A stretch of 64,000 bases of DNA from Amoebophrya sp. A120 (lineage: Eukaryota > Protista > Dinoflagellata): assembly GCA_905178155.1 (NCBI GenBank), contig CAJINV010000002.1, forward strand, positions 1,401,809 through 1,465,808, written 5' to 3'. Positions 49,421 through 61,245 of the stretch are shown here, one piece after another. Positions within the stretch are counted from its first letter, which is position 1; every line of letters starts with the position of its first letter. A program made the position numbers and the translations under genes. The notes under the pieces are model-generated. The model was not told the DNA's origin and searched no databases. It saw only the letters and a program-made list of their open reading frames with translations.

Positions 49421-52400
49421 CTATCGATAGTACGCCTGCTGCTGCCCCCCACCTCCTCCTCCCCCTCTGGCTATCCCAGAAAAACAAGCTGGCAGGTCAA
49501 ATCTGTTTCCTGTGTTGCAGTTGCGTATTTGAGTATTTTTGCATCACAAATTCTAATATGACCTGCCAGCGTCGTTTTCTTTCAGGATACTCGCGCTAGT
49601 ACTCTTCTGATGCGTAGCCACCAGGTTCGACAGAGAAAAATATCGCACGAAAAAAGTGTTTCACTGTAAGGATTTTGCAGATTTTGCATCTTCACAAGTT
49701 TGCTCTACATGACAGAGAAAATTTGCCATGCAAGCTTCCTAAGGGAAAACACAGCTAAAAATCTATTTTTTTGCGTGTGTAGCAAGACAAATGCATTCGC
49801 GTTCCATTTCATGCATCACAAGTTTACAGTGAAACAGTTTTTTCTTGCGATAAAAAATCCCCATGGTGCACTGCGAGAAACGCCTTCGCGGAGTCTAAAA
49901 TTTCCTTCGACTTCTGTATAGCCCACTCAGGTGTTGTAAAAATCTCAACTGGTACACTGAATGCGGACGACCTTTCTTTGTGATGCAAAAAGTGCATGAC
50001 CTGGTCTAGTGCTCTGCCAGGAGTTGTTCGCATCACAAATTCCAACGTCCCAAACACGCAGCAAAATCGGCGTCCGGCGAAGATTGTATTGCGAACAGCT
50101 CAACGCTCGGTATACTGCTTCTGCTGTTTATGCTGTTTATGCAAGACATCTTCAAAATCCGGATTTCACTGTAATATATACACTTGACATTGTAACACCT
50201 GCGCGGGCGATATTCGTTCTGGCTTTCAACGATTTTTGCACGGTCTTCGTCGGGGAGATGGAATTCCGCTTCGCTGAGACGAGTGAAGATGCTGATACTA
50301 CTTTCTTTGCGGTTCTATTGTTGCTGGCACTTCTTGTTCCTCCACTAAAGGGCGCCGGCCCAAAAGCTGCACCAGCTGTACCACTCCCCCCTCCTGCTGC
50401 CCTTGACCTCAACGTCATTCGTGCAGTTTGTGTTGTCGTCCTCCCGTAGGTCATGATCGAGGTTCGGTTCTTGATCAAACTATTCGAAATACTCCCCTTC
50501 GCGGGGTAAACATCACCAGAATTAAGGCCGTCATCTTTATTCACTTCTCCGGCATCAAAATCTGGCGACGTCGGACTCGGTTTGGCAGAAGACACCATAA
50601 TCCGCGGTCCGAGTTTCTCCTTCTCAATCGGCTGCCCCGCACGTGGGCCAAGTGCGTAGCCTAAGCGACGAAAGGGGTCATTCGAGAACCTGGATCGTCT
50701 CCGGCGCTTGAAAGATGATGTAGTTGAGGTTTTAACATTTTCATCTCCCGCACCAGGACCTTGCGCTTGAGCCGCTGGCGGTCCTCTCGCGTGAAGATCT
50801 CCTGTTGAGAGGGCGGCAGTCATGGAGGTTTTTTGCTCCCTCGCTTGAAGATGACCTGGTTGCGACCTTCCATGGCCAGACACAACTATGCATTGCAAAA
50901 GTATCGCACTAAGTAGGAATTACATGACAAATTTTTGTAGAACAAAAAATGCAATTTGTCATGCTGTTTCACCTTCGGAAGAAGATTTGTCATGCGTATT
51001 TGCAATCAATACGAGTACGATACTTTTGCACAGGATAAGAACGAGGGATTTGCTATTTTCAGGACTGGTGGACCCGTCGTCACTACTGGATTCCATGTTG
51101 TCTGGATTGTGCCTGGCATGATTTTTCTGCATCGCAGAAGTACTTTTTTGCATTTTTCCCTCATCCGAACTGCTCCTGCTGTCGTGGGACATGCTTCGCT
51201 CTAACACAGAGAGCTCTTGTTTCTTCGCCGCAGAAGTACTGTCTTTGTTCCAGGTGTTAAAGTAGTACTTTTTGAACAGCTCCGCATCGTCGTCTTGTTC
51301 GTCCCGGCTTCTATTCATGGACAGCGAGACCAAGTCCTTGTCCTGCAAATCTGAACCGGCAGCGCCTCCTGGAGCTCCAACGGGCGCAGGAGCAGCTGCG
51401 CCAACAACCGGCGACCTCGGATGAAGAACTTCTACCTCTTCGCTTTTTCTCCTCTTCTTTTCACTGGACGGTGGGGGCGTTTTATACCCCTCTGCAGCTG
51501 CTGGCGGCTTTGAGACCTCTTGCTCCTGCAGCGCGTGATGCATTATTGTTCCTTTCTCCTCCACTGCCGCGATCTTCGGGATGGGCGACTGGGGAAAGCC
51601 GGGGGAATGGTTCGCGTCTGCGTCGTTTCTATCTGAATGCGGTGATTTGGAAGATTTGCTCGGCGAGGTTGTGGTGGCTTTCATATTGCTGCTGCCTTTT
51701 TTCATCAAAAACTGACCTGTTGTAGTTGTTGTGTCCTCTTGCTCCTCAGTAGTCGTTCTCGTCCCAGCTGCGCCCTGGTCTGTCCCTCGTCGGTCAAACA
51801 CGTGTGCGGCTCTAATATCGGACTGCTGTATCGCAAGGAAAAATCCCCCCTCCCCATATTAAAGAGGTAGGTTTTCGAAAATTTGTGTTGCTGATTTGAG
51901 GTCACAAATCACGTGTGTGTTGCAAGAAGACAAGGGCAGCAGCTTCCGTCCCATTATGGAGCCGGTTTGTCATGCTGTTGAGCCAACATCACGGACGCTT
52001 TTCATGCTGAGCGCCTAAGTCAAAGCCTCTCTATTCAGGCTTGATATGGGTCTGCAGTCCTCTCCAGCAAGACAAATGCGATCTGTGTACTCAAATACTG
52101 CATCACACGTTTCGTTTTCGATATGGGGAGGGGGTTTTTTTCTTTTTGATACGCTGCTCTTGCTCTCCACGAACCTCTTCCCGTTCAGCTTCGGCACCAG
52201 CAGCATCTCCAGGTCCCGCCTCTAAGAAAGGACTGATCCCTCCAATGTGCCCGAGCATCTGGTGTAATACAGAGTCGCAGCTAGAGCGGACGTCTTCATC
52301 CTGGGGACAGGGAGAGATGAGCAAGTTGTCATTCAGGTTCAAATCCACCGCAGGATTCAAATACCCATTTGGTGCTTGCACTTGCGCTAGCGATTTCCCA

Positions 52401-55400
52401 TTGTTCCCTGTGCTGTTCTGCCGTATCGGACCTCCTGCGCCGCTACCAGGTGTCGGGACCAGCACCTGCGGATTATACTGCTGCTGCTGCATCGTGGAAG
52501 TAGACGATGATAAGCCGACGAATCCCGCGTTACTATCCGGCGGCGCGATCTTCACATTGCGCGGGTTGGAAATGTGACTCGACCCCAATCCGCTGAAGGG
52601 GATGCCGGGGTACGAGCCAAACGTGTCCATCGGAGCACTTGATGTAGTTGCTCCGCCTGTGCTGCTCTGTTGCATCTGGTGCATCGAGGTCTTACTGCTA
52701 CTTTTCAGAGAACCTGTTAAATTGTTCGTTGGCGCCGGCACTGCGCCTGATACAGGTTTCTTGTTTCTGCTGTGACTGACCTTTCTCTTTTCCTGAAAAG
52801 CCGCATCGATGCTGGAGAGCATCGGCTTACTGCCTGGCGGGGCAGATGAGGAACTGGAGCCAGTCGCAGTATTTGTATTTCCTCCTCCACGGTGCTGAAT
52901 ATACTGCTGTTGCACAGAGCTCGGACCGACTGCTGTTGTACGTTCTTGTGACGAGCTGTTTGCTCTTTGCACGGTCTGGTACTGTTGTTGCCCGATGGAA
53001 TTATTCTCCCCCGCAGTTGCTGTGCTACTCCCGTTTTGATGATGGACACCCGACGGTAGCTTCTTCCGCAAAAACTCCGGCGACTCCGAGCGGTTTGAAT
53101 CTGAGTCCGAAGTTTGCTCCACCACACACAGCAGGCTCCTTTTCATCATGCCGTTTTGATTTGAAGATGAAACGTGTCCCCCGGCACCATCTCCTGGTGC
53201 AGATTTACACGATTGCGGCCAAGTGAGTGCTGTGTTGAGCAACTGTTGGTGATTTTGGCCGTTGCTGCTAGTAGCCGTTCCGGTCATGTCTAAATTTTGT
53301 AAATTCATCCCCTGCTGCTGCAACTCCGGCGGAATTACTTGCGGTTCTGATTGCGAAACGTATCAAATGCAAAAGTGTCTGGGTCTGGAAGAGTCTGACT
53401 CTTCATGCTGTTTTTGCATGACGCAGAAGGTCTGGCATGGAAGCACTAGCATCACACGTTTCGAAAAGCGTTCGCAATGATGGATCCGCATGACAAATCC
53501 CCCACTTTGGTAACAGAAAGTGGGCAACTTTTGCTGCCTATGCATGAGAGATTTTTCTACGTTCTGAAATGCTTCCAGACCCAGACACTTTTGCACTTGA
53601 TAAAACGTTTGATCTCCTGATCGGCGGGATCAACGGCGGAATCGTCGGTGTTTTCTGCTGCCCGTTTGCACCTAGTAACGGGTTTTGATGTTGCATGAGC
53701 GAAGTTGATATTGGCGAGGGAGACGAATCCGGGCTGGTCAGGTCCGTGGAGTTCTTCCGCGGTTGCTGGTGAGGAAGATTCTGATTGTCCTCATGCTCTG
53801 CGGCCATCAGTTTGGGTGAATCCGAATTCCGTGCTGTAGTCCCGGATTTATTGTTGTTGTTCACAATATGGTCCAAAATCGGATTACTTCCCATTAATCC
53901 CGGACTCTGCGCCTGACTGCCGCCCCTGGAACAATTGCCTGCGTTTCGTTGTGTACTACCACGATGGTCAACATCCACACTGACAGACACTGACTTTTCC
54001 CTTTGCTGCTGTTCCTGGACCGATTTCGACCTCTGATTGTTTATCTCTGTCGGACTAGCCAAGAACTGGTCTATCTCTGACAGCCCTCGAGTCCGATCTA
54101 GCAATTGCTTCTCGACAAGCATTTGGTTCTCCCCAGACGAGACGATGACGTTACTTGATGTAGTTCCACCTCCTCCTCCGTTTGGGGCGGATCTGCTTAA
54201 ATCGCCAGCTACTGTGATCATGTCGGAATTCACAGTGACCTTATCGTTGGAAAACTGCAATTGCGGGGAACTGTGCGCCCTATCACCACCACGGACTGCG
54301 AGCTCAAGCGTTGTAGAAGATTCCGGTTGACGCTGCAATACCTTGTTGTTCATGCGCGGTGGTCCTCCACCACCACCAGAATTCGTTCCTATTCCGTATT
54401 TGTTCATACTTTTCGCGTTCGCGTACATACGAGAAGATCCTGCTGCTCCCGCGGTGTTGTATTCCACTGAAATGTCTTCGTGCGAAACATCGTCCTGGCT
54501 CAGCTCCCGAAACTGCTTCTGCTCCTTTCTGCGCCAGTGCCTGCGTGCTAATTTCCGGCTTCGCTCGTTGATTCGGGGGACGAAGGTACTAGATTGGTTG
54601 TTTTGCGCATCCTGAGCTGCATGCTGTCCTTGGTTCTGCATCTGCTGTTGATTGTTCTGTTGTTGCGCCGCCGCGTTGATGGCATTCGCCGCATCGTAAA
54701 CTCGCGGCCGAACATGACTGTAGTTTTGCATGGCTCCCCCGCTGCCAACACCGTGTGCGCTATTGTAGTTTGGCGACTGCAAACCGGATTGTTGATTCTG
54801 CGCATTCGCCTGGTGGACCCGCGCCATCAAGCTCCGGCTCATCGGCCTCGCAGACTTCGTGCCGCCAGACCCGGCGGAGCCCGCGGTGCTGATACCGGTT
54901 GTCGTGTTGGGCCCTGCCCCTGTTCCTGTGTTATTTGCCGCCACGCTCATGTGATGTATCGAGCGCGAAAGACCTAGACCATCGGTGGTCGTATGCTGCA
55001 TTTGGGTGACCACATGATGTTGTCCTCCAACCGCCGTCTGGTGAATCGCGTTGGTCAAATTATGCGGCGGCGGGCGCAAAAACTGCATTTGCTGAGCTTG
55101 CATCTGGTGCGCGTTACTCATTTGAACTACTCCACCTCGCGGATGCTGGTAGGAACTAGCACTGCTGCTCATGGCACCCTGATGATGCGAGGGTTGTGGA
55201 AGTAAGCTGCTCGGATGGTGTTGCTGCTGCAAGAACGGCGTGGTTGTCGTGGATGAACCTCCTTGCTGCAGTTGGACTCCATGCTGCTGATGCTGACCAC
55301 CTGCTCCTAACTCCGCTAAATTCCCTGCGGCAGAACTACTATTCGAAGCTGCGCCGGAAGTAGTTCCGGAAGAGATGACCCCCTGTAGCTTCGATATCTG

Positions 55401-56968
55401 AACCATCTGGGAATTCTGAAGATTCTGGCCTTGCACCTGATGTTGTTGCATCATTCCGCGACCGTGTTCGTAGCCTAGAGTCTGCGTCGTGTGTCCCAGG
55501 TTGTTGTACCAATCTACTGCGTTATTTTGTTCTTGTAATACCGGGGAGGAGGTGTTTTTCTGGAGGTCATGCAAGTGGACGAATTGCTGCTGGTTTTGGT
55601 GCTGCAAAGACGTTGATGATGAATGCGGCTGTGGACCAGCTGTCAAACTTTCCTTCGACGCATCCTGCATGAATCCCCCGTCTTCCAAAAAGATGCTCGT
55701 CATCATGTTATTGTCCGTAGACTTCGCACGCTTCCCCACCCGCGGGTCGGTGTTTCGCGAAGAAGAGGATGCGGGACCATTTCCCCCGAGATTCGTGCCG
55801 TATCCAAAGTCCGTACTTCTGGTTCGTTTCTCGCTGCTGCCCACGTTCACACCGTGCGGCACTGTGGACAGCAGGTGGTCCGTGCTTCTGCCAGAGGCTA
55901 AGGGGGTGGACGCTGGTGGGGGGTGCTTCGACCCCGTTCCTGGGGTTCTCGCGGCACTGCCGGCACGATCTGTGATCGATTGTCGAAAACGTAAGCGTAC
56001 TCAGTATGCCCAAGCAAATAAACACATCGCAAAGGCAATGAAATGATATCGACGGATGCAAAATGAAAAAAGAGCACCAACACCACATCCACAAGGACAA
56101 GCAAAGAAAGCATGACAAACATAGGCAAAAGCACAAACATGTTACCTTTCGACCCGCTCGCGCCCGCCCGGTTTTTCGAGTTGTGTCTTGCCCTGCTGCC
56201 GCCTGATTCAGAGCTCCTACTACTCGTACCACCGGACGGAATGATTTGCGGCTCGATATCATCTTCCAAGCTCTCCTGCTGGCTTCTCCGCGCCGCTGAA
56301 GCGTCGAATCTTGTTGTACTATATTCATCTTCAATTCCTTCATCCCGTTTCATCCCTCCTAACGGCCGAACCGCCTTCCCTGCTTCTCGCAACACCGGTA
56401 GTTGTTCATCTTGTTCTACGCCCTTGTTTGACCACTTCTTTTGTTCCGCCCCCGTTTTCGATTTTGAGGATTTTTTCTCCCCCGCGTCCTCAAAGAAAAT
56501 GTCTTGCGTGGACGCAATTTTCTTGTTCTGTTTCGTTTTATTCCCGAGGAGTATGACACCCTGCTCTTCCTTCTGCTTGTCCTCGATCGTACCCTCTAAA
56601 GTCAGTAAACTCGCCGCCACGGTTAAAGCCAGCAACCGCCACTGCTCCTGCACTTTCGGGTTGTACTCGTGCGTGTAATCGTCCAGGTTCCCCAGAGCGG
56701 AAGGCCGCTCCTGGTTGAAGTTCTGCTTATTCGTAACTACCGCGGGAATGAACTCTCTGGTTTCCGTGAGGCGGGAATTGTAAGCGTGGTCTTTTTGGTT
56801 CTGGTTCTGCAGGAGTTCGCCTTGATGTGTTTCTTTGTGATCATCCGTAATGTCCACGGTGGACACGGCCAGGGAGGAAATTCCGGGCATCTTCTTCTTC
56901 GATTTCTGGAGGGAAGCGCGGCCCCGGGACAGCCCCGGACAGCAGCAGAAGGAAGAGGAGTCTTGCAT
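49421..56968 (-). CDS. Very large Gln/Ser-rich low-complexity hypothetical protein; 5 elements plus canonical introns (e.g. 55970-56145)
   Basis: ORFs 55898..56968, 53538..55862, 52103..53323, 50959..51801 and 50152..50898 are separated by elements or introns. Terminal exons read ...HGDFSLSNL...QQQAYYR*. One intron (about 49930-50180) is not precisely placed. Confidence 0.6.
49472..49589. mobile_element. TAT-ATA element family F (short, 118 bp)
   Basis: Family F TIRs; TSD CTGGC/CTCGC. Confidence 0.9.
49641..49852. mobile_element. TAT-ATA element family I
   Basis: TATCGC..AGTGTTTCACTGTAA / TTACAGTGAAACA..GCGATA; TSD AAAAA. Confidence 0.9.
50887..51037. mobile_element. TAT-ATA element family B
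   Basis: Family B TIRs; TSD ACAAC/AGAAC. Confidence 0.9.
51829..52151. mobile_element. TAT-ATA element family C
   Basis: Family C TIRs; TSD TGCTG/CGCTG. Confidence 0.9.
53361..53602. mobile_element. TAT-ATA element family A
   Basis: TSD AAACG; close sister of 38213-38464. Confidence 0.95.
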
Positions 56969-57745
56969 GGTGTTGGTGAAAGTGCGATGCTAGTATTCGT
57001 CGTATTGTACAAGTAGTTTGTTATGTCGTCACGGCGGTCCTCCCGTCGTCTTTCTGAAACTTCTTCGCATAATCATACAGAATAGGCTGAAGACAACATC
57101 ATACACTGACTGGAATGATAGCATTGACACTTCTGTGTAGAACCAACTCCAAAACCTATGCTGTGAATTTCAATTTTTCAATCGGAAGAAGAACAGCGGT
57201 CGCTGTCACGCACGGAATGTCATTATGAAAATGAATGAAAAAACGCAAAAAAAACCACGCGGTCGTAACAAGCATCAACTACGCATTGATGTTCACGCAC
57301 ACACCGTCACTGTTTACGCTGTCTGTCGCAGTAGAAGATAGAGAACAAAGTCGGAGAAGTCGTGGTAACTGCACAGCACGGAGTCCAGCGAAACAACAAG
57401 AAACCCGGTTCTGCAGTGAGGGGCTGCGTCGTCCTCGGTGGTGCGTATCTTCAAGTTTCAAAATCGTCCAAAATCGTTCATCGTGTTCGCGTACAGTACT
57501 GTAGGTACTGCTTGTTGAAATCATAATATCTGAAACGGTTTATTACCCAGCCCAGGCGAAAAAGTTGACAAACAATCCTCCATGTTTTTCTCTTCATCAC
57601 AAAACGTCAAAGTATTTGATGCTGCTCAGGTACACTTTCACAAAATTTCTTCACAATCTCTTCCGCATTATCTCCCGTAACAGCGACTCTCTACTTCCCG
57701 ACAGGAACGACAACGTCAACGACCCAGCACCAAGAAGCTGCTTCA

Positions 57746-60700
57746 TCAAAACTCCGGAAACGCGGTCATCACCCGTTGGTGCGGGAGCTTCAACTTGTTC
57801 ATCCCACCACCCCCAGGACCACCTCCACGCCCACCGCTCAGCAACGTACTACCCCCCTCCTCCGACCCCTCACTCCGCGGCGAGCTCAACGGGGTGCTCG
57901 CCTGCGCGGAAGAATTTGCGCTCCACCGGCTGCTCTTCCGCTCGTACCGACTGGTGCCGTACCGTTGCCGGCCCTTCGCCCGGAGGAAATCAAATTCCAC
58001 CGGATCTAGGAGTTGTTTTTTACCGCTTATAACCGCCTTCGCCTTCGCGGCTTGGGCTTGCTTCGCGAGGATGGCTTTGTGGTCGACGGGATCGGGGACC
58101 GTGGAGGGGGGAAATTGGTCGATCACGATAGGCGCTTCGTCGTTTTGATCATGCACATGCTCCGCTGGATCAGGTGCTGTTGCAGGAGGGGGTAAAAATG
58201 CTTCTTTTTCGTCTTTGTCTTCCGGGAAAGCGAACGCCACGGTGAGTTTCTTTGGTTCTTGTTTCTCCATTAAGAAAATGCCCCGTTCTACTTTCCCCGC
58301 CTCGCCATCGCTGCGCTCTTGTGCTAGAGGCCGTGCCTCCGTGGCTTTTTCATTCAGAGCACCCTGCTGTTGTCCCACAGTCTCTTTGCTTGCTGACAAC
58401 ATGCTAGTAGAACAACCGAAGTTTACCCCCAAAGTGGAAGACGACGATGTACTACTGGTCGGTGTAAAGGCGCACTTCCTGTCCGGTCGCTTATGCATTG
58501 CAAAAGTATCGTACTACAGTTGTAGAGATCGCATTACAAATTTGCTCAGCATGAGAAACGGAATTTGTCATGCTGTTTTACCTTGAGAAGAAGATTTGTC
58601 ATTCATATACTGCAATTAGTACGAGTGCGATACTTTTGCACAGGATATCGTTTGAACTTGAACAAAGCCGGATCCTCTTCCGTTTCGTCTCCGTCGTCGG
58701 CAGTTTGGCGGAGCGGTAAGAACTTGTCATCCGACGTCGGAAGAAGAACATCACTTTTTCCCGGCATAATTCCCGCTACTTGTGCCGGTGGTGCTGCTCC
58801 TGTCGCCAAAGGAGTCGTCGTGTCTTCCATGCTTTTCAAGGAAGTGGTTGACGCTGGTGCGGAAGTGGAACTCTTTTTCTCCATCCCCTCATAGCACATC
58901 TTCATCATCCTGTGCGAGATCATGGGTTTGGGGGCAGAGGGTCTTAGTTTGCTGCTGCTGTTGTTGTCATCAGCTGGAACTGCCGCAGCAGCAGCTACTT
59001 CTTCGCTCTTGCTTTTCGTCGTGCTCGGCTTCGTGCTGGTAGACCGTCTTCTAGTTTCACTTGGTTCGAGCACAACCGATTCGTCGAAAGGGTGTTCCTG
59101 CAAAACTCCTCCGCAACTGGATCTAAGCCCCGATGACCCGACCACCGCAATTGTGGAGGTGTCTCTGGTGCGGTCTGTTTCCTGTTCGAGAAGGGTGGTG
59201 GTGGGCTGCTCGTGCGTGGAATACGGTTCTTCCTGTAGGTTTGTTTCACCAGATTCATTTGTGTTAATCTCCTGCACAACCTTTTCGCTTCCAACAATCT
59301 TGTCTTCAAACACACTCCCCCGTCCTCTCCCTGGGTTTTCGTGGTCGACCAGGACGAGGTTTATTTCTCGTGCTAGAAGTACTTCACCGGTCGCGGCTGT
59401 CTTATTTTGATCTTCTCTAGTTGTACCTTTCGTCTGCTCGTCTTGCAGAAGCAGATCCACACCAATCTGCCCTGGTGCTTTTTGCTGTTGTATTAAAGCC
59501 GCTTTCTCGTGCACCTCCGGATCGATGATGTTATCCAAAAGAACGCAGCTTCTCGTCGAGGTAACGGAAGTGATTCTCCGACAATCGTTACTCCTGTTGC
59601 TGGTGTTGCTTTCTCGAAGATAGGCCTCTTCTTCGTCTTCGTACAACACGTCATAAGTCGCAGAAGCGGAACTTGTCTTGCTGGTTGCGATAGAGGTCGT
59701 CGTTGGCCCGGTTTTAGTACCATTCGTGGTGTCCTCAGAAGTAGGGGATGAAGTTGAAGATGCTGCGCTTTTACTGTGCGAAGATGTTCTTGACTCAACA
59801 GCAGGAGCAGAACTTCGCGGCTTGTCTGCTGATGCGAGAGCATCTTCATCTGCGGCCGCAGCTGCATCAGCTGGAAGAACTGGCGGTTCCTTCACCGTGG
59901 CTGTGTCCGTGCTGGAGCTGGAAGAAGTGGCTGGTTTGTTATCCGTCGACGAAAGCCGCGGAGGTACAGCCGCTGGTATCTCATCATCATGCGCCGTAGC
60001 AACTGGGTGGCCTACTACCTGGTCCACATTGAATGCAGGCTTGTTACTAACACCGGTCGTCGAAGCTGCTGCAGGTGCTGCTACTGCTTCTTCCCCTACC
60101 GGCTCAACAACATCCTTCTCTTCGCAGTAAAACTGAAATTTCTGCTCCGACAAGCAGCTTGTCAGCTTCAATTTCAACTTGGGCACTTCCAACCTCCGCG
60201 ATGATGATGAAAATTTATTCGAAAAAACACCAGAACCACTACTGTCTTTCTTCAAACTGCTCCTGGGTGTCAGTCTCAGCGACTCGTGCTGCTTTTCCAG
60301 ATGCGAAATGATCTGGTTTTCCGCCGCCAAAATTCGACTTGGACTTCTGGAAACATCGAGGTGCTGACAGAGTGGTTTGTAGTTATTGTTTTGGTCTTTC
60401 ATCTCCGCATTGTTTCCTGGTCGCGGAGTGGATGTTGGAGCCACAACTCGTGCAGCTGCGGGTGAAGTAGACGATGAGAACTGCTTTATTTCCCTCCTGC
60501 TTGAAGTTCTTGAAAAAGAACTTCGCGGCGTGCTCGCGTAGCTCAAATTCCCTCCCGTTTCCAACACAACCTTTTGCAACATCGGCGGTTTGAGGAAAGT
60601 TGTCTTCCCCGCGAGAAGGCGTGGCTGCATGTGTAATTCTAATTCCGGTTGTTGTTGTGATACAGCTGCAGGGCCTCGTTGCTCAACGCTAACACGGCCG

Positions 60701-61245
60701 CTGCTCCGGTTGGTGGAAAGGTCCCGGCGAAGATTGGCTGATGTGTCGTTGACGTGTGCAGCTCCGTGAAAATGATTACGACTTGGTCTCCCTCCAGCTC
60801 CTGAGGGCCTCCCTGGACTCGTGGGAGATGCGAATAGCGTACCGGTCGCGGGTGTGACGATAGGCGGCGCTTGCAGCAACTGTCTCGGCGCAACATCACC
60901 TGTAGTTCCTGCTTTCTCCTGTTTCGCTTGGCAATAGTACCTTTTCTGTGCCCGTTCCCGATCCCCCTCGCGATAGGGCCACTGCCCCGGGATGGAAATC
61001 ACCCGCGGGTCATGCGCGAGCCCGGCCGGCACCTTGTACCCGCTGGTCGTGACGAAGGCGTCGTAATGGTAGTTTTTCGTAATTTCCCGGTCGTGGCGGT
61101 CGAAATTTGGGGGGAGCGGGGATGTTCTTCCCGGAGTTGGTTGTGCTCGGCTTGGTGATGATTGGTGTTCGGGTGGGCGGAGCATGCTACTCCCCGCGGT
61201 GCCGGCAGAGCCAATGCCCGGCGGGAAATATGCAACAGAAGGCAT
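57746..61245 (-). CDS. Large low-complexity hypothetical protein; 1 element
   Basis: ORFs 58603..61245 and 57746..58498 join as FKFKR|PDRK. Confidence 0.7.
58492..58647. mobile_element. TAT-ATA element family B
   Basis: Family B TIRs; TSD TCGCT/TCGTT. Confidence 0.9.

Noticed and set aside
11627-53596. Recurrent peptides in the ORF track ([46 protein letters not shown]) as a protein domain family
   Set aside because: They are translations of element TIRs in different frames and strands, not coding domains.
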